A stretch of DNA of 64,000 nucleotides from Pseudomonadota bacterium (GTDB lineage: Bacteria; Pseudomonadota; Gammaproteobacteria; Xanthomonadales; Xanthomonadaceae), in assembly GCA_023390905.1 (NCBI GenBank), contig JAEWBY010000094.1, forward strand, positions 22,490-86,489, given 5' to 3'. Numbering within the stretch: the stretch's first letter is position 1; every line of letters starts with the position of its first letter. The notes beneath the pieces were generated by a model, which did no database searches, was not told the origin of the DNA, and worked only from the letters and a program-made list of their open reading frames with translations. The position numbers were made by a program, and so were the translations under genes. Shown here in pieces: positions 62,238 to 64,000 of this stretch.

Positions 62238-63292
62238 GCCTGGCGTCCGGAGACCGCGGCTTCGGCGAACGTCGCCATGCGATTGTGCAGCGCGCACGCC
62301 AGGCGCACGAGCGGCAAGGCGAGTGCGGCGCCGCTGCCCTCGCCCAGGCGCAGATCCAGTTGCAGCAGTGGCCGCGCACTCAGGGCTTCGAGCACGCGCG
62401 CGTGTCCGCGTTCGGCGGACTGGTGCGAAAACAGCAGCCACGGACGCACGCAGGGATTGAGCCGGACCGCCGCCAGGGCCGCGCACGAAACGATGAATCC
62501 ATCGACCAGCACCGGCACGCCACGCTGCGCGGCGGCGATCATTGCGCCGACCATCGCCGCGATTTCCAGACCACCGACACGCCGCAGACTTTCCAGCGCA
62601 GGCGACGCACTGCGTTCGATCGCTGCGCCATGCAGGGCCAGTGCGCGTTCCAATACGTGTTGCTTGTGTTCGATGCGTGCGGCATCCAGCCCGGTTCCCG
62701 CGCCCACCAGTTCGGATGCGGGCAGGTGCGCGATGGCACAGGCCAGTGCGCTGGCGGCGGTAGTGTTGCCAATGCCCATCTCGCCGAGGATGAAGAGATT
62801 GGCCGAGTCGAACGCGGCCACCGCACGTTGCCCGGCCGCCAGCGCATGGGCGAGCTGCGATGGGCTCATTGCTTCAGTGGCGCTGAAATCGCCGGTGCCG
62901 CGGCACGGTTTGTCGATCACCACACCCGCGATCGGCGAGTCGGCCAGCGTGCCGGCGTCGATCACGCGCAACGGCAGATCCAGTTCGCGCGCGAGGACGG
63001 CGATCGCCGCGCCACCGGCAGTGAAGTTGTGCAGCATCTGCACCGTGACTTCGGAGGGATAGGCCGACACGCCCTGCGCGACGACACCGTGATCGCCCGC
63101 GAAGACCAGCACCGGCACGTGATCGGCACGCGGGCGATCGGCCGTCTGCAAGGCCGCCAGTTCAACCGCCAGCGCTTCGAGCCGGCCGAGTGCGCCCTGC
63201 GGCTTGGTCAACTGCTCCTGTCGCTCGAACGCGCGCACGCGATGTTCGCTGGAAGGGACGCGGCAGGGCTGCTGGATCCAGTCGAACGACAT
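62234..63292 (-). CDS. cobT: Nicotinate-nucleotide-dimethylbenzimidazole phosphoribosyltransferase
   Basis: LTKPQGALGRLE, FAGDHGV, GEMGIGNTT, VDGFI, LRLGEGSGA. Confidence 0.95.
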   Translation of the reverse strand: MSFDWIQQPCRVPSSEHRVRAFERQEQLTKPQGALGRLEALAVELAALQTADRPRADHVPVLVFAGDHGVVAQGVSAYPSEVTVQMLHNFTAGGAAIAVLARELDLPLRVIDAGTLADSPIAGVVIDKPCRGTGDFSATEAMSPSQLAHALAAGQRAVAAFDSANLFILGEMGIGNTTAASALACAIAHLPASELVGAGTGLDAARIEHKQHVLERALALHGAAIERSASPALESLRRVGGLEIAAMVGAMIAAAQRGVPVLVDGFIVSCAALAAVRLNPCVRPWLLFSHQSAERGHARVLEALSARPLLQLDLRLGEGSGAALALPLVRLACALHNRMATFAEAAVSGRQA

Positions 63293-63392
63293 GGCGTGCG
63301 CTCATCGAAGGGGGCCGGGCATTCTATCCGGCGCGTTCGCCGTTGCACCGCACACGCTCATCGGGCACGGCCGGTTCTGCTAGACTGCGCGC

Positions 63393-63600
63393 ACTTTCAG
63401 GTGACGCGCGGGCTTTCGTCCGGGCGTTGAAACGGGAAGCCGGTGACGATGCAGCGCACAGCGCTGTTCCAGTCCGGCGCTGCCCCCGCAACGGTAAGCG
63501 AGTCGAAACCAGGGCACACCGCCACTGTGCAGCAGCACGGGAAGGCGCCCTGGCCGCGAGCATCCACGCTCGCACCCGCAAGCCCGGAGACCGGCCTGGA
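63393..63600 (+). promoter_or_regulatory. Cobalamin riboswitch
   Basis: AGGTG...AAACGGGAAGCCGGTG...TCCGGCGCTGCCCCCGCAACGGT...GCCACTG...GGGAAGG...AGCCCGGAGACCGGCC, upstream of a TonB receptor; boundaries approximate. Confidence 0.93.
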
Positions 63601-63731
63601 AGCTGTCTGGTTGCGACGCGGTGGGCGTTGCGGCGGCAATGCCGCGCTGCGGCCGTGCCTGCTGTCCGTCCCCATGTCGCCGCCATCCCACGAGTCAGCC
63701 GTGCGGGAGCGCGCGGCACATGGAGTCCTTC

Positions 63732-64000
63732 ATGCCACACCCGAAACATCTGGCCCTGGCCATCGCATTGTCGTTGCCGGCGATCGCCGCCGCGCAGGAT
63801 CGCACCACCGAACTGGACGACATCCTCGTCACCAGCACCCGCACCGCCATCGCGCTGGAAGACAGCCTGGTGCCGGCGCAGGTCATCGATCGCGCGGACA
63901 TCGAGCGCAGCCAGGCCGACTCGCTGCAGGATCTGCTGCGCGGACGCGCGGGCATCAACCTCGCCAACAGCGGCGGCGTCGGCAAGCAGACCTCGTTGTT
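63732..64000 (+). CDS. btuB: TonB-dependent vitamin B12 receptor (5' part, runs off the window)
   Basis: MPHPKHLALAIALSLPAIAAAQ signal peptide, DILVTSTR TonB box, VIDRADIERSQA plug; follows the riboswitch. Confidence 0.85.
   Translation, partial: MPHPKHLALAIALSLPAIAAAQDRTTELDDILVTSTRTAIALEDSLVPAQVIDRADIERSQADSLQDLLRGRAGINLANSGGVGKQTSL

Overview
GC-rich, gene-dense core-chromosome segment of a Xanthomonadales (Lysobacteraceae-like) gammaproteobacterium; the taxon is inferred from gene order and protein style. Left to right: rarD/yedA, prc, lipA, a CoA-transferase, DAHP synthase, a frameshifted Tat-type class V aminotransferase, groESL, cutA-dsbD-tlpA, aroQ-accB-accC, prmA, fis-purH-(DNA methyltransferase)-purD, lplT/acyltransferase, ampE-nudC-erpA-bactofilin, a c-di-GMP-domain regulator plus hybrid kinase, bfr, phasin, queD, rhlE, a microaerobic block (fnr, cydDC, ccoSIHG, ccoPQON), tRNA-Met, rppH-bfd, bioD, cobSCT and a cobalamin riboswitch-btuB. 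No integrase, IS, prophage or CRISPR array was seen. The most notable items missing from the ORF track or unexplained by it are: a 27-aa leader peptide (FYFWYYGF) plus terminator ahead of DAHP synthase, suggesting attenuation by all three aromatic amino acids; an orphan DpnA-like methyltransferase inside purHD; twin CUCCCUCCC-loop hairpins after the phasin gene and a distant sRNA candidate complementary to them; cydDC fused into the cbb3 operon with FNR and RegR-type boxes; and a decayed four-helix-bundle gene with heptamer repeats coupled to accC. Two small indels may be assembly errors. All family calls come from motif recognition by eye; no database searches were run.
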